Positions 33,480-46,217 of a stretch of DNA of 64,000 bases are shown piece by piece. Origin of the DNA: Cycas panzhihuaensis (Eukaryota > Plantae > Cycadophyta); NCBI GenBank assembly GCA_023213395.1, contig CM041465.1:245899741-245963740 (forward strand), in the 5' to 3' direction. How positions within the stretch are numbered: the stretch's first letter is position 1; the number at the start of each line of letters is the position of its first letter. The translations under genes were made by a program, and so were the position numbers. The notes beneath the pieces were generated by a model. The model searched no databases. It saw only the letters and a list, made by a program, of their open reading frames with translations, and was not told the origin of the DNA.

Positions 33480-35340
33480 AAGATACCTCTTCTTATTGAT
33501 ATTTTCCCATAAAGATTAAGGTGGCAATTAATGAACTCAAAAGAATCCCAAGTTGCATCCTTTAATGGTAATCCCTTCCACTTGATGAGATACCCCATTG
33601 CATTATGGATCGTAGTTCTTTTTGTAAAGTCTAAAAATGCCTTGCGGTTCAAAGATTACTTTTATTTCTTTGTTGGTGACAGAAAACTTTGTTCAAAGAT
33701 TGATGTTGGAGCCTATATTCTTCTTCAAACTTGAAATGTGATACAAGTTATGTATTTGACTATGAGATGACAAGTTGAATACATACACAACCTTACCTAC
33801 CCTTTTTCTATCTAATATGGGACATAAAACTAAGGTGTAAGTTTAAACCTCCCTTGTTGTCATAGATTTTATTTTTTATATGGTTGTATATGCACATGCT
33901 CCTAGTCTTTAATTTTGAATTATATTTTTATTTGGTGTTAATTTCTCTATTGCTTCATTTAATTTCTTATCATGACAGAGATATTCTTAAGCTCTCTAAG
34001 TATTTACTTCACTTGATAAACCAATTTCTATGTTGTTGGTACTTGTGCTGTCATTTACAAATAGTTCACTATTATCAATGGTTAGTATCTATGTAAAGCT
34101 ATAAAAAGAGTCATCTAGATTGTCAATTGGTAACTTATGTTATATTAGCATTTGGTTAGATGGATCCTCTTTACCCACTTAGTCCAATTGTCTATTATAT
34201 AGCATTATAAATATATCTCTAAATATTTATGAATATTTCAAACTACCCATCCATTTGAAGGTGGTAAGTTGTGTTTATGGAAAGCTCTATCCCTACTAGT
34301 CTAAAAAATTCCTTCCAAAACTTTACTAATAAATTTAGAATCTCTAATAGAGATAATGTTCTTGGGAAAACCATATAACCTATGGATATTTTTCATAAAT
34401 ATAGGAATAATATGGACATACTTTGTGGAGTAGTGGATTACTACAAATACGATGCTCTTTCCCTTAGATTTAGGTAGCCCCATAATAAAATCTGTTGAGA
34501 TTTCTTCTCATTTTTGCTATAGATTTGATAATTATTATAGTTGTACTAGACCCTATATACATTATGAATAATGTCTTTGGAAAATGTTGCATTTAATGCA
34601 AAGTCCTTCATATCTCTTTTTTTACCTTCCAAAATAAATAATATTTTATCCTTTCATTAATTTTCATAGACCCTAACCTATTGATAGGGATTGATAGTGT
34701 TCTTAGAGTATCTTAGTTTTAAGACTGGGATTGTTTAGAAGGTATATTCTATTATTATATAATAAAGTCTTACTATTGATAGACTAATTTGATTTTATTA
34801 CTCATCATTGTATTACTTGACAAGATGGTCAAGCTCCTCATCGATAGTATATTCTTAGTGAAGTTCTTATAACCATAAAGATTGAAAAGTTAATATAGCT
34901 ATGTAGTCCCCTTTCTACTTTCTCAAAATGACATGTGTTATTACATTATCCTTTCATTTCTTATAAGCTATGTAAAAATCCTAGTCTTGGAGCTTACTTA
35001 TCTATATATATTTTTATGAGAGGTTTGGCTATGATAAGAAGTATCTTAGACTATAATAATATGTGTTTGCTATGAATTTATTCCTTAGTAGGTATTGTCA
35101 CCATTTAGTTAGGGCATGCAAAATCATGAGTATCTCCTTGTTATATGCACTATTTTCTTATTCCTTTAAACTTAAATTTTAACTTTTGAATATAACCAGT
35201 CATTTATTTTGGAGAAATGCCACACTAATCCCTTTCTAAAAGTATCACACTCATCTATGAAAGTTTGGAAAAAGTTTAGCATGACAAGGGCTAGTACTAT
35301 ACCAATGACTATTTTGAGGTTACTAAAACTCTACTAAATT
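33480..35340 (-). pseudogene. Element D: chromovirus (Gypsy) RH-integrase-chromodomain relic
   Basis: MGLPKSKGKSIVFVV..YGFPKNIISIRDSKFIS (integrase core) and YLIKWKGLPLKDATWD (chromodomain). LTRs not identified. Confidence 0.85.
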
Positions 35341-35901
35341 ATATTATCTTATTTGATTCCATTCTTCTTAGTGTTAACTTACAGTATAATATATTGGCTA
35401 TCCTAAAACTATTTGTTTATACATCAATTATATATCCTTTATTACGTTAGTTCTAGTCTTGACATGTCTTAGAGCCTCTTACACCTTATTGACTTATTGT
35501 TATATGTTAGTAATTATTGAAAGAAATATGGGCAAGTAAAACATACTATTAATGTGGCAGTTAATTGTTAAGCCACTATGTTAATGTTAATGTGGTTTAA
35601 CTAAGGTGATTGAAGTGAAAATGTGTGACTTATTCAGAGGGTCACAACCCTAATCAGGTGACACCTCTTGGAAGAGTACAAAAGCCTTGAGGCCTTATGT
35701 ATTCAATGTATCACAATCATTATGGAATAATAAATGTGATCTAGAACGATCTTTTATGGTGCGGTTTCTCTTAAAGGGGTTTTTCCACATAAATCCTGTA
35801 TACTATGCATCTATTTTCTATGTGTATCTTATTTACTTACTGTGTATGGTTAAAGATTCTATGGATGGGAACATTTATGTATGACTTCATGTTCCTAAAT
35901 A

Positions 35902-36108
35902 TGGTATGAGGGCCAAATCTAGTGTTTAAATCACCTCAGGTTTGGCATGGGGGTAGGTGTTAGAGTATCTCGCTAGTCCCTTGGGTGTTTCCAACCTATC
36001 CTTAATTAGCTCCATGGGTGTCCTCAACTTGGGTCAAGCCTGTCATGTTTGTGGGTTGTGGCAAGATCAATTGCACCCAGGTCTTTTGGTTTAATGACAA
36101 TTTTAATA
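35902..36108 (+). mobile_element. TRIM-like mini-unit (PBS, ~45 bp, PPT, 151-bp LTR) between the 5' LTR and canonical PBS of E
   Basis: tggtatgagggcc (35902), gggggtagg (35949-35957), tgttag...ttaata (35958-36108), then tggtattagagt. Absent from sister element C. Confidence 0.65.
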
Positions 36109-37474
36109 TGGTATTAGAGTCATAGGGTCCTACATAGCTAAAGCCTGATGTTGAGTGGAGCGGTGAGATTGTTAATTGCTGGGTGAAGCTGTCAAACCCA
36201 AGACTTGTCTTGAGGGTCCATCAACTCTAATAATGTGTAGAAGTAGGTATAGAAAATCAATGGTGGTTAAAGCTGTAAAGTTCACTAATCAACAAAGAAA
36301 AATAGTCAGTTGTGGTTATTATTCATGCGTGAAGACCATAAATGTGGAAAGAGGTGGCTTGTTGGGGGTCATCAGAAACTAGTTGATAAACAATCAAATT
36401 GTGAAATCTAGTAGAAGCATGTAGTGATGGAGATCAAATATTATTGAGGATAGCCATGCCTATTTACATATAAGTCGATGATATCTCTCATTAAAATACC
36501 ATAAAAATCAATGAGATAAGCTCATTTTTGGCTATTGCCTACTATCAAATCCTTTCTTAGCACTTGTGGATGTGATTGGAGCATGTACCAGTATTTTTTT
36601 ATCTATATGTATATGCTAGAATAAGTACACAGCAATAAAATGCTATTTTCATTAAAGATTTTTATATTTATGAAGAATATTGGTGACTTACATGTGTGAA
36701 TCAAGCTCATAGCAACTGTATTAAGTTGGTTAAGCATATTCTTGAGGTGGATGGGCATATTTGAGGGGTTATTAGGTAGTGTATAGGCTATTTACCAACT
36801 ATATAATTAGTGTACGTGAGTGTGGCTCCCTGCGTAGGTCTTTTTGATGTACATAAGTTGGTTTAAGTCTATGGAAGCCATGCCTCTATGTATCATGCAT
36901 ATATGAACTTTTGATCCATCTTTTGATGATTAATACTAAGGTTTATCACTTAGTAAATAATATTATATCTTATGTATTTTATTTCTACATGTGGATTAAG
37001 TGAAAAGGCATGGGCCGTAAGAGAGAGTCATAACTTTAAGAATATACCTTTTGGTATATTCTCCTCAATAGAACATTATAAAAAGGAGCTCTTTTACCAT
37101 TGATATGATATATTTTATCATAGTGTATTGTATTTGAGGCCCTAATAAGTCATTTTGAGCATGGATTAAGGAGAATTCTCTATGTTTTGACTTGGAGACC
37201 GTGTATTTATACTCCGTGGAGTTATCCTTTATACTTGGAGCACTATTTTAAGTGCCTTAAGGGTCATTTTTTAACATTTTAAAGGGTATTTAAAGGCATT
37301 TGTGGGTCATTTATGAGGGAAAATAATTAGTGACTCACTCAACGCATGTATAGTCAGTGTTTGGTGCCCTCTAGAGTGTACCCTTGAGTTAGAGGAGGAT
37401 ACGAGGGTGCATTTTTATCCTGAAGGCATTCATTTTGGTGAGTGTTTAACTTATATTGAAGCCCATTTCTCAAG

Positions 37475-40400
37475 ATAGAGCATATTATACTTAAGATTAT
37501 CTTTAATAGTAACAATTTTAGTGAGTGGAAGGCTAATATGGAGCTTATTCTAATGGTGAATCAACTCTAGGGTATTATTAAGGAAAAGGTAGATATGATT
37601 CCACTAGACTATAAAGAGCATGTTCATCTTGAAGAGAAGAAATTTATGGCCGTGGGACTATTAAAATTTTCACTGGTGTTGAACCAAAGAGCTTTGGTTC
37701 ATAATCTAGATGAACGAAATGAAATTTGGATAAAGCTATTTGAAACCTTTGAAAAGAATAAGACAAATAAACATCTTACCCTGATGTTGGAGTTGCTCAA
37801 TTCACATATGGAAGATGAGAATATCGTCAGCTCCTACCTTAATAAAATAACAAAATTAAAGAATAAGCTAGAAAAACTAGAGTAGAACTTAATTAATGAT
37901 GCATTACTATTCGAAATAATCATGTCGAAGATGTTCGTTGTATTCGCCACTTTCCAGACCATTTATGGTAGAGATAAAGTGATGGGAGTAGAAATATTTG
38001 ACATGCTTAAAAACCTAATTCTAGTAGAGGATGCCAAGATTAAACTTCATAAAATGCTTGGAGGTTCTGATTTAAGTTAGGCCCTAGCCATGAAAACTCA
38101 AAGGAAGGAGGCCACTAATGAGGAGAAGATTACATAGAGGTTAAGAGAAAGTTTACAAGACAAGAAGAAGTTCAATAAAAAATGTAATTACTACAAGAAG
38201 GGTGGTCATCGTGAAAAGAACTATTGATTCAAGCATTGTGACAAGTGTAACATTAACTAGGATGCTAAAGGGAAGAGCGTTGCTACTCATTGCATCATAG
38301 CATAGACTTATCAGTTAAGTTAGATTGAAGAGATTATTGGGTTCTTGAATCTGAAGTGTAGAAGCATATCTCTTACTAGAGATAGAACTTTAATACGATG
38401 AATGATTAGAGTGGTGCTGAAATTATCCTTGGAGATGTTCATATCTTATCAATGGAAGGTATTGACGAAGTATCCATTACAGGAGGTAAGTTTACCAAGG
38501 TATACTATGTACCCAAGATGCAATTGAACCTTATTTTAGCTCAGGAGATCTATAACAAGGCATGAAGATAAGCTCTACAATGATAAATACCTTATTAAGG
38601 ATCTAAAGTAGAACTTTGTTATCATTTTTATTAGGAAAGTTAGGGACAAATTTTGGTTGTTTAAAAATTTTTAATCTCAAAAAAATTCTTATGCCTTTAT
38701 TGCCAGTGTAGATGAACTGAGTAAATTGTGGTACAATTGCCTTTAACATCTTAATTACAAAAGCATTGCACTACTAAAGAGGTTGAAGATGGTGGAAGGA
38801 TTATCATATATTTCCTGCTTAGATGGTGTTTATGAAGGGTGTATGTATGGCAAGCATTATCACTACCCTTTTGCTCAGGATAATGCCTGGAGAGCCAAGG
38901 TGAAGCTGGAGCTTATACAATCAGATATAATAGGACCACTCCCCAACCCTTCAATATCAAGAGCTTGATATACCCTTGTGTTTATAGATGATTATATTAG
39001 GAAGGCCTGGGTCTACTTTCTCAAGAATAATTCAGATGTGTTTGATCATTTTTGTGACTAGAAAGAGATGGTAGAAAATGAATATAATAAGAAAATAAAA
39101 TCTTTAAGAAGTAATAATGGTAAGGAATATGACAATCATGCATTCAATCAGTTCTACCATGATCATGGTATAAATTGGGTATTTTCAATCCTGTATGCCC
39201 CACAACAAAATGAAGTTACTGAAAGGAAAAACTGTACAATGATGGAGATGGTGAGATATATGGTGCACACTAAAACCCTACCACTAAAGTTTTGGGTACA
39301 AGTTATGGCAACTACTATTTATATTTTGAATTGGGTACCTGCTTAAGCAGTTCACATCATGACCCCCAAAGAGAAATGGACTAATTGGAATCCTATCAGT
39401 AGCCATTTAAGAACTTTTTGGTGTATTGCATACATCCACATTCTAGATGATACCTACAAGAAATTGGATCATAAGAGTCTGAAGTACATATTCATGGGGT
39501 ATTGCACTGAGGATAAAGCCTATAGACTATGGGCTCCATAAGGGGAAGAAAATTGTGGTTAGTTAGGATGTAAAATTTGATGAGTCATTAATCTATCATA
39601 CTGACATATCATCAGAGGAGCCTTTTTATCCCCCCTTCTCCTATTCCTAGATTCATTAAGTGAAGAGGATGATGAATCAATCACTGGAACACTTGAGGAA
39701 GCAGGACCAAGTAGGACGAGTAATAGTGAGGAGCTACTGTGAGATGAAGTACCTCTAGCAATGGGTCTTTTAATACCTTTATGGGTAAGGATGATTCTCG
39801 AAGATTCTGGTGTGATGATACATACCTTGACTAATGATAGAAGAATAAGAAGTCAACAACTCCAATGATCCTAATTCATTCAATGAAGTGAAAGGAGATC
39901 CACGATAGAGAGTTGTGATAGAGGAGGAGTATGGTTCTTTGATGAAGAATAATATGCAGGGTTTGGTTCCACTCCCACTTATAAAGAACCTTGTTGGATG
40001 CAAGTGGGTCTATAAGACAAAGTTTTGCTGTGATGGAGAGGTGGACAAGTATAAGGCCAAACTTGTTACATATGGATTCGTGCAAAAAGAAGGAATTGAC
40101 TATGAGGAGACATTTACACTAGTCTCTAGAATAATAATAGTCTGATTGCTCATTTCCTTAGTAGTTACTTATTCTTGAGAGTTATACCAGATGGATGTTA
40201 AGTCTGTGTTCCTTAATAGAGATCTAAAGGACGTGATCTATATATCATAACCTCTTGGATTAATTAAGGATAGCTAAGAACATCTTGTTTACCATTTGAA
40301 GAAGTCAATCTATGGCCTAAAATAAGCACCTCATACTTGCTATAAAAATATGGATGCTAAGTTGAAAGCTAAAGGTTTTGAGATTTCAAAACTTGACCTA

Positions 40401-41390
40401 AACCTATATGTGAAGAGAAGAAGGACTTCAATAGTTACTTGCGTGGTGTATATGGATGATTTGATCATCAGTGATAATTGTGATAAGGTTATTACTAAAG
40501 TTAAATATAATCTAAGAGTTTTATTTGACATGATAGACCTCAAGAGACTTCACTACTTCTTGGGTATTCAAATTAGCCAAATGGATGATAGGATCATATT
40601 GTTGCAGTTACAGTATATGAAGAACTTACTAGAGAAATTTAGAATGCAGAATTACAAACTAGTTGCAACAACATGTAAAAGGTATAAAGTTGTAGAAGAA
40701 TATAGCCAAACCCTCTATAGATAGGATGAAGTATTGTCAGTTGGTGGGGAGTCTAATCTATCTGACTCATACTAGGCCAGATATTGCATACATTGTTGGA
40801 TTGGTTTCCTACTATATGCAGAATCCTCATGAGCCTCATTTAGTTATAGTGAAGTAGATTCTGAAGTATCTAAAGGAAACAATCAATCTTAGTCTTAAAT
40901 ACCATCGAGGTGAAGGGATACAGTTACATGGCTACACAAATTTTAATCAGGGAGGAGATTCTAATGATAAAAAATCCTCTACTAGATACTTATTTAGTGT
41001 TGGTAGTGGGTTTATTTTGTGGTAATTGAAGAAGCAACAGATAGTGATGTTATCTTCTATAGAGGTTGAATATTAAGGACTCAATGTTGGTGCAAAGGAA
41101 GTTGTATGGTTGTAAGGTATCTTGGATTTTCTTGGAGTTTCTAATGGACATCTAGTTATCTTTATTGATAATCAGAGTACCATTCACATGTCAAAGAATC
41201 TAGAGTTTCATGCATGTATAAAGTATATTGAGATTCAATACCACTACATTTGTGAATAGATCAAGTCAGGGAAGCTATAGGTTGACTATTATTCGAATGA
41301 ATTCTAGCTTGTAGACATGTTCAATAAGCTAATCATTGAAGATTAATTTACAAAGATGCATACCAGATTAGGACTCACTAATGTTATCCT
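37475..41390 (+). pseudogene. Copia gag-pol of E
   Basis: EGCMYGKH..KLELIQSDIIGP; IKSLRSNNGKEY..PQQNEVTERKN (INT); VGCKWVYKTK..YKAKLV..GIDYEETF and VVYMDDLII (RT). Confidence 0.92.
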
Positions 41391-44300
41391 TAAGGGAGGA
41401 TGTATCGATAAGGATAAAGAAGTTGTAGGATAGTCCCATCCTTTATGATAACACAATTATTACAGTTGGTAGGCTCCCCACATTCACATTAAGGGGAGAT
41501 GTTAATATAGCAGTTAATTGTTAAGCCACTATGTTAATGTTAATGTGGTTTAACTAAGGTGATTAAGTAAAAAGATATGACTTATTCAGAGGGTCACAAC
41601 TATAATTGGGTGACACCTCTTAGAAGAGCATAAAAGCCTTGAAGCCTTATGTATTCAATGTATCAAAATCATTATAGAATAATAAATATGATCTAGAAGG
41701 ATCTTTTGTGGTGGGTTTTTTCCTGAAAGGGTTTTCCCACATAAATTTTATATACTGTACATCTATTTTCTATGTGTACTCTTGTTTACTTGTTGTGTAT
41801 GGTTAAAAATTCTATAGATGGAAATATTTGTATATGATTTCATGTTCCCAAATACATACTTTGATACCACTTGTAAGAAACTAAATGCCCATGCATAGGT
41901 CCAAGATCTAAGAAGGCTATGAAATTAAAGATGTGTATGCCAATAATAAATAAAAGAATATGTACAAATATATAATACAAGCTTTTATGGGAAATGATTA
42001 CTTCTAATTATATTATAGTAAACTAATACACATACACACACACACACATATACATAGTACATATCACTATTTGATTGTCTAATCATATTCTAAGAGCCAC
42101 TTAGTCAATTAATGACTAATTGTAATAAAAGAAGTATATACTTTATGACCCCTTAGTATACATTAAAGGGATAACCATATTGATATATATTAATTTAATA
42201 TTCATATGGGTTAACATTACCTAGTATTCTTCTCTTAATACTAAATCATGTCACATAACCGCTTTCAATCTTAATGTTAGGTCCATATAAAAGTTAAACA
42301 TATAATAGTTAGTACATGGATAACTAGCTATCATATCCACCAAACCTCTAGAATGGCATTCTCATACATGGCTCACCAATGTTTATCTACTAAGTAGCCT
42401 TTACCTACTCTCATTTTGCTTATTTCTAGTTCTCTTACATCTTAAGGAGATAAACCTAGTTAGAAAACCTTAGCCCCATCTATCGTATTATGGAATAAAC
42501 ATGTAAAAATAGTTATTTGAGTAAAACCATATGACAAAATCCCTCTTTTCTTGATCTTAGGCTCTATTTTACACCTTGTTAACTCATTGCTTAAACTTCA
42601 TACCATTAAAACTACCTTGAAAAATCTTCAAAGTATATCATGTGACCATTCGTTAGAAAGTCTCATGAGTCAATTTCACAATGCAACTAATAAAACTCAA
42701 TTTTGATGTTGTATGACAGAATTATATCCATTTATGTGAGCACAAATATACTTTCAATAAAAAAGTTAAAAAAAAAATAAAAAATAGATTTTTTGAGTTG
42801 GCCCCCAATCACTTTAAAATATCCTATATGACCTCCTAGGTGGCTTACGAACTTCAAACACATCTTAAAAAATATTTTTATATAATTTAATAAAGTTTTA
42901 AAACTTTAGATTAAGAGAAATTGAATGTCAATAGGTCGTTTGACGTGTGCATGACCTGCACGCATCCGTAGGCAATCTGATGGCTTATACACAAAGTGAC
43001 TAACCTTAGAATATAATTACTAAGAAATAAATTTTTAATATATCTACCTTTTGTCACTTGATTCCAATGTTTAATTCTTAAGCACAATGGTTTTCTTAGA
43101 AGTTTTCATGATGACACTACTTTTAAAACCCTTCAAGTCCTCTTTTCTATTGTAGATTAGAAATAAAGAGGATAAATAACAATTATTTTTATGAAATGAC
43201 AATTATTAAATCCTTTAACTTATTGATAGGGTAATGTGTCAACTAAACCCTAACAACTTACTTCTTATTGTATATACACAACTGTCCAACTATTCCTTTC
43301 AACGCATAGGTTCTCAATGATTCAATAAGCTTTATAAACCTAAACTTATTAGTTTTCTTCACATGGGCTAACAAACCGTCTACTGGTCTTAATATGCTAT
43401 AAAACCTTTTTCAATCATGATACCAATTTATGATAGTAGATAAAATTATAGTCAATCTACCATAACATTGGCTTCACATAGTGATCATGCCTATATCTGA
43501 AGCCTTACTCTTAGACTTATGTGTAACACCCATATGTATATTAGTAAAACATGTAAATAACAAGTTTAATAATGAATCAAATATATGGAAAACCTTTGAA
43601 GGATTTGAGATAACTTTAATACTTATGTTCTAGCTAGATTTTCTACATAGGCATCAACATGCTTTAGGCTTATGACACTAACATGCTTTTTAGTATCTTG
43701 CATAACTATGGTTTGAAACCATCCATAATGTATAATAGAACCTCACCTTCTAAATAAATAGGTGACTCCCCTTATTGGTTATAAATAGACATTCTTAAAA
43801 TAAGTTTAAAACAAACACTTTGAAAAGGGTTAATGTCACAAGATCATTATATTAGTTGACTATTTCTAAAAAGTGTCTTAAGTGAACTTTAAATTAGATC
43901 ACTTAAGTGAAATGCACTTTCATGTGCATTATGTGTAATTTCATTTCAACTAACTCTAATGCTCCCTCTCTCAATTTAAAAGTAAAAGCTCAATGGAGGA
44001 GGCCCATTCTTACCTCCCCATTTTGTGAGAACTATTTTCTTTCTCTTAAGTCTCTCTTAGTCACATGTTTGCCTTTATGTTTAGTGCATGGAGATGAAGG
44101 ATAGATCTACTCTTTTCATGTAGTATTAGAGCTTTCTTCCTTCATATTCCTCGCTTTTACTTGTAATGGAGCCATCACTTCTTTCTCCCCCTCAATCCAT
44201 GTGGTGAAGGAGATTGTGAAAGTGGATTTAGAAATATTTTTAAGTTATTATCATAACATATTTTGTATTGTTTTCTTTCCCTTTCTCTTTTGTAGGTTTG

Positions 44301-44639
44301 GAAGAATAATATAAGAAGTTTTAAGGCCCAAGGATTCCAATAATTTGGTGGCCATTTATGCTATCTCATTCTTCTTTGTTTTCCCCTCTTTTTATCTATT
44401 TAACAAGGGGAAATGTTGCCAAAATTTTTTCAGCTTTTAGAAGAATGATTGTAAGGGGAGGTTCTACCAATTTTTTAAAAAGAATTTAGAGCCATTTAAA
44501 ATATCCATCATTGTATTCTCTCACCTTGCCTATATTGGGACCCTGGCGATAAAAAAATAATGGAAATTTCATATGGAATCATGTGTTAATAAGATATTAG
44601 CAAACTAAAATTTTTGCAGAAATAAAATTTGCTTGCTAA

Positions 44640-44980
44640 ACTTCATAGGTCTATAAAATATTCTATAGAGCTCCAATTGACCTGATTCTAATTGTTAAAG
44701 ATGAGACTATGAGTCTACTTTCTAGCACAAAATTAAAACCTAATTTCGATGTTGTATGAGAAAGTTCTTGCTATTTTAGTGAACAACAATTATTTTTAGT
44801 AAGAATTCTAGAAAAATGTATTCTCTTAACTTTGTGGGACTACTAAAAATTTTTTAGAACTCATTTTGACCTGATTCCACTTTCTAAAGATGAATCTTTG
44901 AGTTTAATTTATGGCACAAAAATCAATACTCTATTTAATTATTGTGGGAGAAAGTTATTACTGATTTAGTGAAGACTACA
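44640..44980 (+). repeat. Degenerate ~189-bp tandem duplication in the H 5' UTR
   Basis: tgacctgatt..aaagatga..tgagt..gcacaaaa..gagaaagtt repeated at 44678 and 44867. Confidence 0.7.
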
Positions 44981-45856
44981 TTTTTTTTTGTATTAAAAAA
45001 AAAAGTGAAGAAATTTTCTTCCTTCTTTTTATAAGGCTTAAAAGCCCATTGTAAAAGTGAGTAAAAAAACACCTGGATTAGAGTAATATCTGGTGTCCTC
45101 ACTTACTTATTAGCATTACATTTTATCACTTTAAGCAAGCACTCTAAAGACACTCCAAATAAGCACTCAAAGCAAGCACTCCAAGTAAGCATTATATTTT
45201 CAGTAAAATGTGCGTTTGATGCAATTCGATAATCTTTTCACTCTTCCTAAAAGGAATGCATCACGTACCCTATTTTCTTCCATATTTCACTTGTTCACAT
45301 ACTCACCAAGGTTTAGATACCTTAGTTGGAAGAATGCCATGCCATAAAGGGGGTGTGAGTTTTAAGTTGGGACTGAACTGAACTAGATTATTGGTGAGGT
45401 TTGGCTAGCCATACCATCATGTCTCAATCAGGGATCATCCTGATAATCAACCAAGAAAACTAAAACTTTAATACAAGATTAAAATATACCGGGTATAATA
45501 TTCGTCATAGCCATAGGTATGCATGTACTACTCTTTAGAGGAGTTATATAGCTACTCATTGGTGAACTCGGTGAGGATTGGGAGTACCTGGGCTCCGTTG
45601 TGACTTAGATTTCATCACCAAGTATAATTGCAGGTATCGCAGGTGAAGGCCAACTTAATTCTACTAGAATCTTAAGCATCCCTTTAATAACCCAACTACA
45701 TGTTGGACACAAGTTATAGGTTGTTGGGTTGATTATACATCCTATATTTGAGTTTCAAGTTGTGTACACCCAATGATGTCAACTTCCACATTGACCTATA
45801 ATCTTGTATATTGATCACTTACTTATTTGTAAAAAGTGATTCATAGTGTAATCATA

Positions 45857-46052
45857 ATCATATTACTTCTCATATTCCTACTGCGTTAGGTTAATATTTT
45901 TCATAAGTGTTAGTGGTTAATTTTTATCATAGTGCTTCTCATATTACTACTACATCAGGTTAATATTTGCCACAAGTGTTAGTGGCCAATTTTCATCATA
46001 GTGCTTCTCATATTCTTGTTGTGTTAGGGTAATATTTGTCACAAGTGTTGGT
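45857..46052 (+). repeat. 69-bp tandem repeat, ~2.8 copies, upstream of H gag
   Basis: cttctcatatt starts at 45866, 45935 and 46004. Confidence 0.9.
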
Positions 46053-46217
46053 AACTTTTCTCTAAGTTGTTCCCTTCATCTTTGAGCAACTATTCTCATT
46101 TCTTCTTCCTTTTGCTACACTACTTCATTACATCTCCTATTTGTAAATAGTGATTGGTCATTTATTGCCATTACTTTTATAATCCTTTATTCATTTCTTC
46201 CCTTCTTAAAAGACACA

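Larger units (their letters stand above)
35547..41854 (+). mobile_element. Element E: full-length degenerate Ty1/Copia inserted in the 3' LTR of F
   Basis: 355-bp LTRs at 35547-35901 and 41500-41854. Perfect TSD CATAC. PPT aaggggaga at 41491-41499. Two PBS motifs (35902 and 36109). Confidence 0.95.

Noticed and set aside
41858-41869. PBS-like motif initially read as the PBS of chromovirus D
   Set aside because: The same position lies inside the F LTR in both copies (51622-51633), and homology extends 29 bp beyond it. It is a relic within the F LTR.
45857-46052. CRISPR-like array
   Set aside because: Contiguous 69-bp tandem units without unique spacers, no cas genes, eukaryotic TE context. 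The tandem PBS units are also only two-copy and not CRISPR.
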